In this document: positions 30,404-45,145 of the stretch, in pieces
Layout: each line of letters begins with the position of its first letter
Position numbering within the stretch: the first letter of the stretch is position 1
Origin: Octopus vulgaris
Taxonomy: Eukaryota
Reading direction: 5' to 3'
Length of the DNA stretch: 64,000 nt
Assembly: GCA_951406725.2 (NCBI GenBank)
Contig: OX597817.1
Coordinates: 55,676,001-55,740,000 of the forward strand
Notes under the pieces: model-generated
The model's database searches: none
Seen by the model: the letters and a program-made list of their open reading frames with translations, nothing else
Told to the model about the DNA's origin: nothing
Program-made: the position numbers and the translations under genes

Positions 30404-31825
30404 ACTTCTCATACAGATACACACACATATAAACGTATATGTATGTATCTGTATGCATTTGGTTCAGTGGTTAGAGCGCCAGGTTCACAATCATGAGATA
30501 GTGAGTTAGTTTCTGAACCGGTCTGTGAGTTGTGTTCTTCAGCACAACACACCTCTAAAAAGAGTCCTGAAATTGTTGCGCTGTGGACAGCCTCAAGGAA
30601 ACGACCCTTTGGTTGGTCGAATTTCACTAGACGTCCCCCAGAGCCAATTTGACTTCTAACCAATTCTGTCATGTATTGGATAATGTTGTCCTGGATAGAT
30701 CTGCTATAAATGAGAGGAACGACGGTCAGACAGCAACAAATACTGTTGTATATATTCGCCGCCTCCATTCGAACATTCAGGTACAGTCTTGGTGAGACTG
30801 GCCTCCTTGCGCCATCTTTGTCCCAGTAGTTATTCACCTGAAGATCTGACCTGAACTACATATCAATTATATTAACAGGACTGTCAGATGAATTACCGGG
30901 ATAATATTCTCTATATGGCCAACAGTGTTGTCTGGAATATGTTTCAAATAAGTTTTGGAAATATGCAATTTGCTTGAGGTTTTGCAATCTGATTTTGACA
31001 CCCATTTAATCTATATATTTTGCTTCCATACTACCTATAAGTTGCTTACTGCTGTCTGAATACCTGTGTAGGTGCGTATGTTTAGATGTGTGGTTGTGAG
31101 ATGTGTGTTAGATGTGTGTTTGTGTAGGTGCGTATGCTTAGATATGTGTTTGTTAGATGTGTATATAAACTATTTCTTGTTGAAGTCACAATGTTACAGA
31201 GCATCCACCGTAGCCAACATCACAACCTACAACACTACCACTAACACTATATCCAATACCATGACCAGCGCTGCTAACAGCACAAAGACTAATAAAGCTA
31301 TCGACAAACTTTGCCTTTCAGAACTTGCCTCATATATTCTTGACCCCTTTCGATCTCTAACTCTACACAGGGGTATTATATTATCGTGGAAACAGATCGT
31401 ACTGTGCTTTAATCTGCAAGTACGGTAAACCTTATTGCATTCACTTCTGATGTTGTCTTATTGCACGTCTTCTAATATCTATAAATTAATAGAAACACAA
31501 GCATTAACAGTGACTTCCTTAAGGACCTTCAATCTCTTCCTCTCCCTCCTCCCTCCTCTCTCATCAATGACGACCAGTAAGGCTTCTGCTAAGCCAGACC
31601 CACGTCACCTCTACCAATATTACCACCAGCTGAGAGAAACTCGGTAAAAGCATAGTCGTTACACTTGAAATAAGCAAAGCTGTGGCACGTGCCAAACACC
31701 ACGAAATTACCTATTTATAGTCTCGATATAAGCCCTCACTGACCCGCTCTCAATCAGCTATGATTTGCCTCAAAGTTCGGTTTTGTCTCATTCCTATTTA
31801 CTAACACATTCAAAAACAACCATTA

Positions 31826-32054
31826 TCTATTTCTTTACTACCCACAAGGGGCTAAACACAGAGGGGGCAAACAAGGACAGACAAACGGATTAAGTCGATT
31901 ACATCGACACCAGTGCGTAACAGGTACTTAATTTATCGACCCCGAAAGGATGAAAGGCAAAGTCGACCTCGGCGGAATTTGAACTCAGAACGTAACGGCA
32001 GACGAAATACAGTTACGCATTTCGCCCGGCGTGCTAACGTTTCTGCCAGCTCGC
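31826..32054 (-). mobile_element. SINE family 1, near full length
   Basis: High identity to the other full copies. Confidence 0.92.
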
Positions 32055-32336
32055 ATCGTATATGTGATACGATCCTTTATTCTGTCGAAATCTTTCCCAA
32101 GAATAAATGTTCTGATTAATCTTCGTTTGTTTGCAAATATCTCATTAATAACATAATAAAAAAACTATCAAGAATGTTGTCTAAACTAACGATTTCATAA
32201 ATAATATAGGACAGGATATTAGATTCAATCATAAGATTCATTGTAGCTCAAAATGCTGTCAAAACCATTGTTTGATACTCCCGCTTCTAAGACCTCTGAA
32301 GCTTGTGTGGAAGGTATAGTGGTATGTTCAAAACGG

Positions 32337-32571
32337 AAGGCGGCGAGCTGGCAAAAACGTTAGCACGCCGGGCGAAATGCGTAGCCGTATTTCGACTGCC
32401 GCTACGTTCTGAGTTCAAATTCCGCCGAAGTCGACTTTGCCTTTCATCCTTTCGAGGTCGATAAATTAAGTACCAGTTACGCACTGGGTTCGATATAATC
32501 GGCTTAATCCGTTTGTCTGTCCTTGTTTGTCTCCTCTGTGTTTAGCCCCCTGTGGGTTGTAAAGAAATAGA
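32337..32571 (+). mobile_element. SINE family 1, full length
   Basis: Head AAGGCGGCGAGCTGGCA, A/B boxes; ~24-bp TSD TATAGTGGTATGTTCAAAACGGAA. Confidence 0.93.
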
Positions 32572-32831
32572 TATAGTGGTATGTTCAAAACGGAAACCTT
32601 ATGCGGATGCTCGCTAGAGAGACCCAAGGATTCTATGATATGGAGACTGGACACGCGAAATTCCCAGCAACGTTTCGAGCAAATTCAGCTTTCGACAAAT
32701 AAAACCATTCATCAAAGAGTTTTCTCTTAATTTTAATTCACAGCGGTGTGAAACCTCAATCATCACAATATACATACGTGAAAACATACAAAACACACAC
32801 ATACACGTATGTACGCGTATATATACAAACA

Positions 32832-32895
<64 letters not shown>

Positions 32896-34263
32896 TTATA
32901 TATATGTGTACATACATTTTTACACAAAGACACACAAATATATATATATATGAATATATACATGTGTACATATATATGTATGTATACAAACATATGCAGA
33001 CATGCATATATAAATAAATATATGTGTGTGTTTGTGTGTGTATGTATGTATATAAATATATCTATCGATACATGTATACATACATATACGTGCCCCCATG
33101 TATGTATATATATATGTGTGTGTGTGTATATATATGTGTATATATATATGTATGTATGTGTATGTTTTATATATATATGTATACATATATGACTGCATGT
33201 ATTTATGTTTGTTGTATGTATATGTGTATTCATACTCGTATATACGTACATATATATCCGCATCGTATATCACATTTACCTCATTACCAGTCTGGGATAT
33301 GGTCAAATGGTTGATAGAATCGCTAATTTACTGATCTGACTTCGCAAATTAAGCAGCGTCAATCTGTCTCGGAATGCTATTGAGATGAATGTTTATTTCT
33401 CTTGTTAAGAATAGTCACAATCTATTAGTGATTGGATAATTTAGATTTGTAATTTACTATGTACTCTGCTAAACACTTCAAACTGTCCATTTACTGAAGA
33501 TGTGATGTGATGTGATGCTACGTGGTGCGATGTTGTTGGGTTTCGAGATACGCTGTCTAATAGGAAATAATAGACTCATATCCTATAAATCTTTTACCGG
33601 TTCTGCTCATTGGATAGCGGCCACGTCAGGGCTTTTTCCTTTGTCTCGAACCGCTGGATTACGAAGCTGTCAACAACCCTAACATTCGCTGTCAATCGAT
33701 GAGAAACACCAACATAAAGGTACTCACAGAAGCACACATACATAATCAGTGCTTGGAATTAGATTAGAAGACACCGACCATGATGCTGCACACTAAAGCT
33801 GCCCCTGAAACGTCATGAATATGAATTGAACTTGTTGAACACTCTCTAATATGCTTGTCGAACGGATAATCCAGTCGAAGTAATCCCAGCTACTATTATT
33901 GCTTGTTGCAGATTAGAAGTTTTAGTTTTTTCGTATGTAATTCAACAAAGACTTAATTATGTAAAGTAATGTAGGGTGCGGCCCTGGTGGAATTGTTAGA
34001 GATGCCTCGTTGTCTTTAGTTACAGTCCTCTAACTTCGGGGTTTCAATCCCGCTCGGATAAACTCCAACTTTCAAGGATACAATGTATTGCTTTAATCCT
34101 AGAAATCTCCGGCCTCATAGCTTTCTTAGAAGCAATTATCTGATTCATGGTGTGATGACAGGGCAGAATTCCAGATGGAGTTCTGTAGCGTGTTAAGAGA
34201 GAGCCTAATTTGATAGTATGTGCATTGTTGTTGTTGATGATAATGATAAGGGTCGTGAACCTA

Positions 34264-34320
<57 letters not shown>

Positions 34321-34525
34321 CTGCTGTTAGCGATGATGATGATTCTGCTGTTAGCGATGATGATGATTCTGCTGTTAGCGATGATGATGACGATGATGGT
34401 GATAAGGAGGAGGAAGATCATCTACTGCAGGTTTTCCTTATGTCAGCAAGCTTGTAGCGGAAGACATTCCAATCGTGATCATCCCCGCCTCTTTTTCATT
34501 CGGACAATATATCTAAGTCTATATA

Positions 34526-34708
34526 TTCTTTTCTACTCTAGGCACAACGCCCGAAATTTTTGAGGGGAGGGACCAGTCGATTAGATCGACCCCAGTATCA
34601 AATGGTACTTAATTTATCGACCCCGAAAGAATGAAAGGCAAAGTAGATCTCGGCGGAATTTGAACTCAGAACGTAAAGATAGACGAAATACCACTACGCA
34701 TTTCGCCT
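34526..34708 (-). mobile_element. SINE family 1, alternative-tail subfamily, 5'-truncated
   Basis: Central domain and B-box; TSD-like TCTAAG(T/A)CTATATATT. Confidence 0.88.
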
Positions 34709-35310
34709 TTCTAAGACTATATATTACAATGCCATGAATTAAATGCGGCAGCTTTTGACTTTGAACAAGATATAGGTACTCTTTCTTGCTGGCTAAAATA
34801 CCACGTAATGGCTACCTGGCTGCTTCGTTTGCCAATGTGTATAATAACGATAATAATAATAAAGTATAAAATATGTCGTAATCTCGAAGCATGAATAGTT
34901 GAAAGAATGCAGACATTGATATCCTGATTAGCGGTTCGATCACCTCTCTTAAACTAAGTCCTAATTATACAGATATAAATCGCTGTATAAGGTTATATGC
35001 TTCGATTGTTAAAACTGTGTGACAATAATAAGCTGTACGGAGATTTGTCAGCGAAATGAAAGAAAGTCTTCGCAGATTAGGGTATATTTACGTATATTTG
35101 CACACAATGTCTATTTTCTGAATCGAATTTACATACCTCGCTAGATATAGACACAAGCATATTCATATATGCACATGCATATATACGTGCATATATACAT
35201 ACATAAACTTGTATAAGAGAGAGAGAGTGTGTGTATACGTCTGAGTCTGTGTGTGTCTGTGTGTTTGTTGGTGGTTTTTATATGTGTGTATGTGTTCATG
35301 TGTGTGTATA

Positions 35311-35705
35311 GGCGCTGGGCGTGGGCTGTGTAGTAAAATGCAGACTTGACAAACACAGGTTCAATCCGACTGGGTGGTAATTTGGAAAATGTCTCCTACT
35401 ATAGCCTCGGGCTGACCAAACACTTGATAAGAAAACTGACGAAAACTGTAAGAAGCCCGCGGTACATGTGTGTGTGTGTTTCTGTCTGTGTTTGTCCCCC
35501 ACCGTCGCTTGACAGCCGGCTTGGTTTGTTTTCCATCCCTGTAACTCAGCGGTTCGGCAAGAGCGGCTTATAGAATAACTACCAGGCTTTAAAAAAATGA
35601 AAAAAATCGAGTACTGGTGGTGATTCATTCGACCAAACATTTCTTCATGGCGGTGCCCCAGCAGGGCTGCAGTCTATAGACTGAAACCTGTAAAAGATAA
35701 AAGAT
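35311..35705 (+). mobile_element. SINE family 2, near full length
   Basis: Colinear with the reverse complement of 25983-26340; AAAAGAT tail. Confidence 0.82.
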
Positions 35706-36419
35706 ATACAGATATACATAGACGCACATAGAATGTAACTGATAAATAAATACGTTTGATGTGTCTTTTGGCCTGTTCGTTAGGACAACCATTCACAGAC
35801 TAAACAAAGTACTCAAGAATAGGTGCGCGGTAAAGAAATTTGTTTGGCAACCACGTGGTTCAGGTCCGCTACGCAGCGCCTTGCGTTTTTGCGCTTTTGT
35901 TTGTTTCCTGACGCTTGACAACCGGTGTTTGTTTGTTCACCTCCCGTAACTTAACGCTACCAGAGTTAAAAATGAGTATCCGCGTCGATATATAGGAGAA
36001 GGGTTCAGTTTATATTGGTTAGTTTCTAGGAAACTTTTGGGGCAAATCTAGATTCCCTAAAGATCTATGGAGGAATGTATATATTTCTCCAAAGACCAGC
36101 AACACCAACAACAACCGCAACAGTTGTAGCTTCAGCAAATCTAGACATGCAGATAAGCAATACGATTACCAGTATTGATATTTCCCCCATACCTATACAT
36201 TCACACATACATATGTACATATATATATATGTATATGTATATATATGCGTGTGTGTGTGTGTGTCTGTCTGTATATATATATATATATGTACGTGTATGT
36301 GTGTGTGTGTGTATGGGGGTCTCGAAGACGCTGGGAGAACACAAACATGGTTTAAACAGTAAGCTCGGCAGGAAAGAAACATGCCTTTAAGCAATACAAA
36401 AGCAACAAAAAATGGAAGG

Positions 36420-36720
36420 TGCAGTTATGTTCAGGTTGCCGGAAAAAAAAGCAGGACAAAAACGATGCATGCAGCAAACTGCACGTGCAATTTTATCGCG
36501 TACGCGTAGTATCGATCGCAACAGCTGATGTACTAGCGCGTACAAATGCACGTTTCCACGGCTTTAGCGATCGCAATCTCACCTGGAATCGAGTTTTCAA
36601 GATTTATATACGCCCTGATACCGTCAGTATTTACATATCAAATTTGAGCGCAATCGGATGGAGGATGCCCGAGAACCGAGAAGACACACACACACAGTAC
36701 GGATTTGATATAATAGATAA
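36420..36720 (+). mobile_element. Possible Helentron-associated (DINE-1/HINE-like) 3' portion
   Basis: CpG-rich body ending CAAATTTGAGCGCAATCGGATG...(AC)n...TTTGATATAATAGAT, the layout typical of DINE-like ends; 5' end not found. Confidence 0.35.
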
Positions 36721-37048
36721 GCATAAATACATATATACATATTCACATGTGTACCTTTACTTATAGTAGGTTTATGGTTTTTCCATAATTATTCCATGCT
36801 AATTTATAAGAAATATTTAAGCAAATGAATTTAGTAACACGGCAGCTGGTAAACATCGTCTTACCATAAAAAAAAAAACGAACAATTAAAGAATTGACGA
36901 CTATTCGTGTTCACTGCCTATTCTGTTTTTTTTAAATTTCTTATACAAATACAATTATTTAAAGCATTTTATTTTCATTATATACTTTGAATGCTAAGCG
37001 ATCTGTGTAGTTTACATACATACATAAATACATACATACATAAATACA

Positions 37049-37099
<51 letters not shown>

Positions 37100-37171
37100 T
37101 TATAAACAAGGGCAAAAGAAAATTATTTCTATGCCAATATGCTGATAACAGACTTTTAAATCGTCAATTTC

Positions 37172-37228
<57 letters not shown>

Positions 37229-37574
37229 CGATAGAGAGAGAGAGAGACGTGTTTATATAGGTATCTATAAATACGTATATATGTATGTGTGTGAGTGGGT
37301 ACGTATAGGAGCGTGTGTCTAAATATATATATTTGCTTCGTTTGCATTTTTCTGGAATTTTGAAGATTCTCATGCATTTTTCTTTTTATAAACCTGAATT
37401 GAATTCTTTGCTGCACGTGTATACGTGTGCGTGCGTGTGTTTGTGCGGGTGTGTGTGAAGAAAATTATTTATTCGCCCAACTAAGAGAACTAATTCAATG
37501 TTCTTAAGAAATATTTTTTTTTATGTTATTTTGTTATATTTCATGTTCTATCTGCATCAATATTCTTCATTAGC

Positions 37575-38100
37575 AGTTCGATTCGGGTCACTGTGAGGTC
37601 TTTCCCTGAGTGCTGCTGTGAACAGGGAACCCAGTATGTTGCTTGGTCGGGTCGTCGGCCACTAAATCACCCCCACCCTCCATTAAGCCTGGTGAGGAGG
37701 GTTGCTAGAAACCCTTCAGGACTAAAAACTTGTCAAAAGGACGAATGAAACTAATGTAGTTTCAACGACCAGCCTAGCAACAGCATAGGCCCTCAGAAAT
37801 TTCGGCTCGGTTTCCGCCGTGCAGCAAGACCACAGGGGGTGAGGCACCCATTAGCTTTTGTTAAAACATGTCTCTAGAACCCACATTCGAATCCAGGCTA
37901 TGTCTGCTGCGACAATCGGCGGTAATTTGGTTGGCAGAGCCTTTACGACAGTCGACAATCGACAGTAAGATGAGCTGCTAGAGAACACATTACCTCAAAG
38001 TGTCGAAGCATGTGAGTGGGGTCCAGATGTGGACTTATATTCCCACTTAAACTCTGTTGGCCAGAGCCGCCTGAACCCACCCTGGGTGAATACTACCGCA
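37575..38100. other. GC-richer non-coding block, possibly the 5' region of an RTE-type LINE
   Basis: Sharp compositional contrast with the flanks and no ORF; family assignment is by impression only. Confidence 0.25.
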
Positions 38101-38116
38101 AATACAAGTATAAATA

Positions 38117-38350
38117 TTTATTTCTTTACTACCCACAAGGGGCTAAACACAGAGGGGAGAAACAAAGACAGACAAACGGATTAAGTCGATTACATCGACT
38201 CCAGTGCGTAACTGGTACTTAAATTATCGATCCCGAAAGCACGAAAGCAAAGTCGACCTCGGCGGAATTTGAACTCAGAACGTAACGGCAGACGAAATAC
38301 GGCTACGCATTTCGCCCGGTATGCTAACGTTTCTGCCAGCTCGCCGCCTT
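38117..38350 (-). mobile_element. SINE family 1, full length
   Basis: Complete head to tail; TSD ATACA(A/C)GTATAAATATT. Confidence 0.92.
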
Positions 38351-39207
38351 ATACACGTATAAATATTGCTTTCTACAACACCCTGTTCCATAACCAAAAT
38401 GCTTCTGCATAAATTTCAACAACTTGTAAGGACATATATCGAAAACGTCACACATTTTCCAGGGTGAGGATATATGTTATATCTGTATCTATAAATACTC
38501 CTATCCTACAGAAGTGTTACTTCTTTTTATCAACCAAGAATAAGATCATATATTTAAGTTCAAGTCATTGATGCAATTTTATACTAATTCCTATTTTTAC
38601 TTTTAATTGTTATATTACGATTTCATTATTATATTATACTTTAGTTTGATTTTAATTCATACTCACTACATGTTATTCAATTGTTATTATTATCTCTAAT
38701 TTTTATGGTTATTTTTATTTTTAAATTTCTTACGGAACGTCGTGTGGTTATTATGTGTACATATATTTAACCAAGTTCGGGATTCGAACTCGAATCTTTA
38801 CTGATGTTTCAAATGAATACTGCAATGCGTTTCACTCCCAAATCTCCCGATTGTACCAACAAACAGTTATTTATTAAATATACGAATAATTTATAATAAT
38901 AGAATCTCTTTGCAAGACTTGACCTTATATTTGGCACAAACTAATGAATTTTATATACTGATAAACTAAATAAAGAAATAAATTATCTATTAGTCTATCA
39001 GTGAGATGTTCAGACGTATTTTCATCGATTTATCGATCTTTATCAAATATAATTACAACATATTTCTATCAAATTTATTTGACAACTTATTGTGTTCTTA
39101 CAATTTTGAAAAACTTCCATACATTCTAAAGCATCTTCGTAATGTTGTATATCAAAATACTACACACACTTAAGGATTTTAACATATGCATCTATCTAAC
39201 TCTACTG

Positions 39208-39272
<65 letters not shown>

Positions 39273-39814
39273 GAGTGTATATATGTATATCAATGTACGT
39301 GTGTGCGTACATGAATCTTACCTGCATATGGTCTGCGTTTTTGTGTCAGTATACGTGTGTATAGTGCACTTATTTGTATATAGAAATGGAAATAAATTTT
39401 CTGTTAGGAGTGATTGCAAAATTTGAACTATCACACTTTGGTTAATGGAAAAATTACTTTCTCTATAAATATAGCAAACAGCCAATTACTGTGACCGTTT
39501 GTTTATAGACTGAACGTCCAACATAGGCTGGGGTCAGAGCTTTCGATATTAGCCAAGTTGATCAGATCGCAGAACACATGAAAATTCTATTAATAATAAT
39601 GATTTCATTTATTTGCCACGAGGACCACAAATGAGAAACATTGCTCGAACAAATCAGAAAGACTTCCGCGGATTTACGTGGAATTAATTAGGAAAGAAGC
39701 GTGTAAGGAGAAAGAAGCAAGGAAAATGCGTCGAATGGGACAACCTAATATGGACAACAGCCTGTTCGGCGCTATCAAGGAACCCTGTACACGAATGACC
39801 ATTCTACGACAGGT

Positions 39815-40026
39815 GAAGCGTCGAGCTAGCAGAAACGTTAGCACGTCGGGCGAAATGCGTAGCCGTATTTCGTCTATCGTTACGTTCCGAGTTCAAATTC
39901 CGCCGATGTCGACTTTGCCTTTCATCCTTTCGGGGTCGATAAATTAAGTACCAGTTACCCACTGGGTCGAGGAAATCGACTTATTCCCTTTGTCTGTCCT
40001 TGTTTGTCTCCTCTGTGTTTAACCCC
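39815..40026 (+). mobile_element. SINE family 1, full length
   Basis: TSD ATTCTACGACAGGTGA on both sides. Confidence 0.92.
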
Positions 40027-40455
40027 TTGTGGGTAGTAAAGAAATATATTCTACGACAGGTGATTGCCCTCTTTTATCTAGTTATATTCTTCAGTGAGAG
40101 GAAAGGCAAAACTGAATGAGGCAGAATTTGAACTTAGAGTGCAGTGAACAGGAAGAAATTAGAATAATTTATTTATCAGCCGCTAACGGTTCGATGAGAT
40201 ACAGTAAAACGCATTTTACGTGAAAAGACACAACGGAAGGGGGTGAGAAAATTTTGCATAACTAAAGTGAGAACAAGTGAAAAAAAAAGTATACATAAAC
40301 GGATACATAATTAAACTTTAAAAAATTACAACTGCATTATTAAAAACAGTTTTGAAACAAGAAACTATTAAGAAGTAAATAACTCACAAAATACATTTTA
40401 GAACAAGTCAGAATAGATCACGTCCCTCTTCTTTCGAGAGCGTTCGTTCTTAAGT

Positions 40456-40689
40456 CTATTTCTTTACTACCCACAAGGGGCTAAATACAGAGGAGACAAA
40501 CAAGGACAGACACACGGATTAAGTCGATTGTATCGACCCCAGTGTGTAACTGGTACTTATTTAATCGACACCGAAATGATGAAAGGCAAAGTCGACCTCG
40601 GCGGAATTTGAACTCAGAACGTAGCGGCAGACGAAATACGGCTACGCATTTCGCCCGGCGTGCTAACGATTCTGCCAGCTCGTCGCCTT
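40456..40689 (-). mobile_element. SINE family 1, full length
   Basis: TSD-like TCGTTCTT(A/T)AGTCT. Confidence 0.92.
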
Positions 40690-40973
40690 TCGTTCTTTAG
40701 TCTCGTACAACAGGGGTTGCCTGTTGATTTCTTTAATGGGTTGCACAGAATAAGAATACTTTTCGATTATTTTTACCAACATCTTTGCTTTCGATGGTCT
40801 TCCATTTTCAAAACCCTTAATGTTTCGTAGTTATGCGATTCTACCCGATTAATTAAAGCTTCAATATTCAATTAAAGCGAATAATAATCTATTGCTTTTT
40901 CCGCCATTTCTTCATTATTGCTATGAGAATAGGCTGTCATATTCGTTTATATGTCCATATGTGTGTGTGTGTG

Positions 40974-41014
<41 letters not shown>

Positions 41015-41532
41015 GCTCAAATGGAATTTAGAATTTACAACAACTGTCTCGGTAAAATTTCACTCATGTGATGCAGTCATAACATCCTCATCTCCAGGTG
41101 AAATCTTACCTGTTTCAAATTTTACATGATGGTGGTGGGTCATATATTTTTATGACTGCATTACATAAATAAAATTCTATACAAAATATTTGTCGTAAAT
41201 TTTAAATGCCAAATGTTCATGAGTAGATTGGGTAGCCGGAAAATGAAACACGCCCGATGTATATACACACATACATTATATAAATATGAATAAATATATA
41301 TATAGAATGGTTGTAAAATATCAATCTAACACGAACGTGACATTTCGTAAATGTATATAAGGACACAGGAAAAATGTGTCAAAGCCATCAGGCGGCGTCG
41401 ATGCTTCCTAGGGCTAAACAGCGGTGGTGTACCCCCTACTGTCACGTTCGTGTTAGATTGACAGTATACAACCATTCTATCGCCCCACTACCGTACATGT
41501 CTCTACGAGAGATTTAGAAATTTAGTATTTCT

Positions 41533-41566
<34 letters not shown>

Positions 41567-41583
41567 CATATGTATATACATGT

Positions 41584-41633
<50 letters not shown>

Positions 41634-41659
41634 TATATATATACATATATATATACATA

Positions 41660-41830
41660 TAACCGATGTTGGTGTGTTTACGTTCCCGTCACTTAGTAGT
41701 GCAGCAAAAGGAAAACCGATAGAATAAGTACTAGGTTTGCAATGAAAGATGCCTGGGGGTCGATTTGTTCGACTAAAAGTGGTACTCCAGCATGGCAGCA
41801 GTCAAATTACTGAAACAAGAAAAAGAATCA
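41660..41830 (+). mobile_element. SINE family 2, 3' half
   Basis: AACCGATGTTGGTGTGTTTACG...ACCGATAGAATAAGTAC...CTCCAGCATGGC. Confidence 0.78.
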
Positions 41831-41872
41831 AAGAACATATGTGTGTGTGTGTATATGTATGTATGTATGTTG

Positions 41873-41903
<31 letters not shown>

Positions 41904-42654
41904 TGTATGTATGTATGTATGTATGTATGTATGCATGCATGCATTTATTTATATATGTGTCTATGCATATACTCCTATCCATTAGTGGGACATTGTCCTA
42001 GCTGCTAAGACTAATCCACGCATGATCAAAGCAAAGCTGAAAGGTGTTATACCCACCATCATGCAAATACGCTTTATGATTATTTTCTTAAGTCTTTAGA
42101 ATTTTATTTGAGAGAAATTCTACTGCTGTTTCTAATAGCTTTACCATCTTCTACGAGGCCCGCTCTTTGGCTCGTAAATAGTGATATTTGTGTATTTGCT
42201 GTTAGGATGTCAATACGTATTTTAAATTCCCCTGCATTTTTGATTTGTTCTATATTGACTTGGCACTAAAATATACTGAGCTGCAAAGCCGCTCATAAAA
42301 ACCCTCATTAACATCAGCGATGGCTACCAACATTCCTGGAACTAGTACAGAATGATGTATCAACACAGGAAGAGACGAGTTGTAAAGATCTAATGAATGA
42401 CGTCTCACGTGGTAGATTCCACTATAACGTTGCTAGTGATTTAGGACACAGAACTGCGGCAAATTAGATCGAAGCAAACACGATGTTTCTTTGGCCTAAT
42501 CGAAGTAATGATATTTATTACCCATACACTACGAATGGGTGGTATTATATATGTACGTAGATTCAGTGACATACACATAAAGCCACAAACGATTATAGAA
42601 ACTATTACACACACACACACAAATGGATACATACGTGTGCATATATGTATGTAT

Positions 42655-42723
<69 letters not shown>

Positions 42724-42896
42724 AAAATATCGTGTACATTAAGGGGCTTCCAAATAGGAAAGCCTTGTGCTAGAAAGTGCAGTAGAAAACTCAAACCACT
42801 GTGCTAGGCCACTGATAATAATAATTTCAATTATTCTTATTACCCTAATTTTATATATATATATATATATACATACGTACAGATATACACCCAGGC

Positions 42897-42972
<76 letters not shown>

Positions 42973-43377
42973 TGGTATTAACACACAAACACAGGCACAA
43001 ACACACACACATGCGTATATACAATTTAGAATAGAGTAATGTGTCTATCTACGAACGTGTTTGTTTAGATGTCTTCGTACGCAGCAATGTAGATATTTCC
43101 AAAAGGATCGATTGAACACTTCACACCACATCTCTCCGTTTATATCATATTGATTCATAAATGCAAATCCCGGCGAAAGCTTTAATCAAAAGACACTGGC
43201 ATATTTCTACTCCGTAGCTTAATCATCTGGAACCGAACAAATCAAACACGTTTTCTACTTTCACTATCGCTCTCATTGGCTGTTGATTCTTTGGTTTTAT
43301 ATTTCTGTTTCCATTTGGTTTCCTTTTCTTCCATACAACACACACACATAAGCGCACACAAACACACAGACGTGTAT

Positions 43378-43444
<67 letters not shown>

Positions 43445-43485
43445 ATATATATATATGTATGTATATATATATGTATGTATGTATG

Positions 43486-43535
<50 letters not shown>

Positions 43536-43635
43536 TACATATATATATATATGTACATACATATATATATATACATAAATATATATACATATATATATAT
43601 GTATATATATTTATGTATATATATATATATGAATA

Positions 43636-43686
<51 letters not shown>

Positions 43687-43905
43687 TTGCAGTTTCAGGC
43701 AACGCTGAAAAGAAGATGATTAGTATGGTGCGTTCATTTGGAGGCGACATGATAGAACTTAGCAGACGACATTAATAAATGTGAGAGGAGGAGAAGGTGG
43801 AGGTAGTGCAGATGTCGTATATAAATGAGGACGAAGTGGAGGAGGAGGAGGTTTTTTCACGGGAATGGGCACCGTTATATGATGTTCTACATGGAAACTG
43901 TTGAT

Positions 43906-43906
43906 A

Positions 43907-43978
<72 letters not shown>

Positions 43979-44488
43979 GTGATGATAATAAAGACGACAG
44001 CGCCATCGTCATTATTAAAGGCGATGATGATGTAGGGAAGGAACAGAGAACGAAGCAGAAGGAGGAGAGGAGAGGGGGAATGGGTGGTGGAGGGTAGGGG
44101 AGACGGTTGGGGAGAAGGATGGGGAGGAGGAGGACGACGACAAGGAGAAGGCGGAGAAAAGAAGAAGAAAATGAAGAGCAAGAAGAGCAAGAAGAAGAAG
44201 ACGAAGAAAGCAAGGAGAGCAAGAAGAAGATGATGAAGGAGAAGAAGAAGAAGATGATGAAGTAGAAGATGAAGAAGCTGAAGAAGAAGAAGAAGTAGAA
44301 GAAGAAGAAAAAGAAGAAGAAGAAGATAAAGAAGAAGGAAGGGATGAGTTAGAAGAAGAAGAAGAAGAAGAAGAAAAAGAAGAAGAAGAAGAAGAAAAAG
44401 AAGAAGAAGAAGAAGAAGAGGGGATGAGTTAGAAGAAGAAGAAGAAGAAGAAGAAAAAGACGAAGAAGAAGAAGAAGAAGAAAAAGAC

Positions 44489-44520
<32 letters not shown>

Positions 44521-44683
44521 TGAAGAAGAAGAAGAAGAAGAAGAAGAAGAAGAAGAAGAAGAAGAAGAAGAAGAAAAAAGATTACTATGACTATGATGTT
44601 TTAAAGAGTACATTTGGGTGTTGATGGTTCGGCTGAAAAGATGAAGAGAAGGAAGAAGAAGCAGAAGAACGTCAGCATCATCG

Positions 44684-44728
<45 letters not shown>

Positions 44729-44905
44729 CTGTGAACAGCAGCAGCAGCAGAGAAGTGATAATCATGTTGATAGTAAAGATGATGCTAAACGGCGGAAAAG
44801 AGAAACGGATTTTATCACTTCTTATTACAGTTTTGCAGAGTGTATTACATAAAGTTGTCTTGGGAAATCAACAGTCTTTTCAACGCTAAAAGTGAAACTA
44901 GGATA

Positions 44906-44954
<49 letters not shown>

Positions 44955-45101
44955 GAGGAGTAGGAGGAGGAGGAGGAGGAGGAGGAGGGGAATAAGTAGA
45001 AGAAGAACAAGAACAAGAAGAAGGAAGAGGAGAGGAGTTGGGGGAGACAGATGACCAGTAATACTGGTAGTAATACCAACAGAAATTGTAATAATAATAA
45101 C

Positions 45102-45145
<44 letters not shown>

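Noticed and set aside
32665-32700. Minus-strand GCTCGAAACGTT, like the hammerhead 3' half
   Set aside because: The upstream core strand is too degenerate (TTGTCGA) to call.
34318-34390. Short direct repeats as a possible CRISPR-like array
   Set aside because: They are 21-bp tandem units without unique spacers, in eukaryotic DNA with no cas genes.
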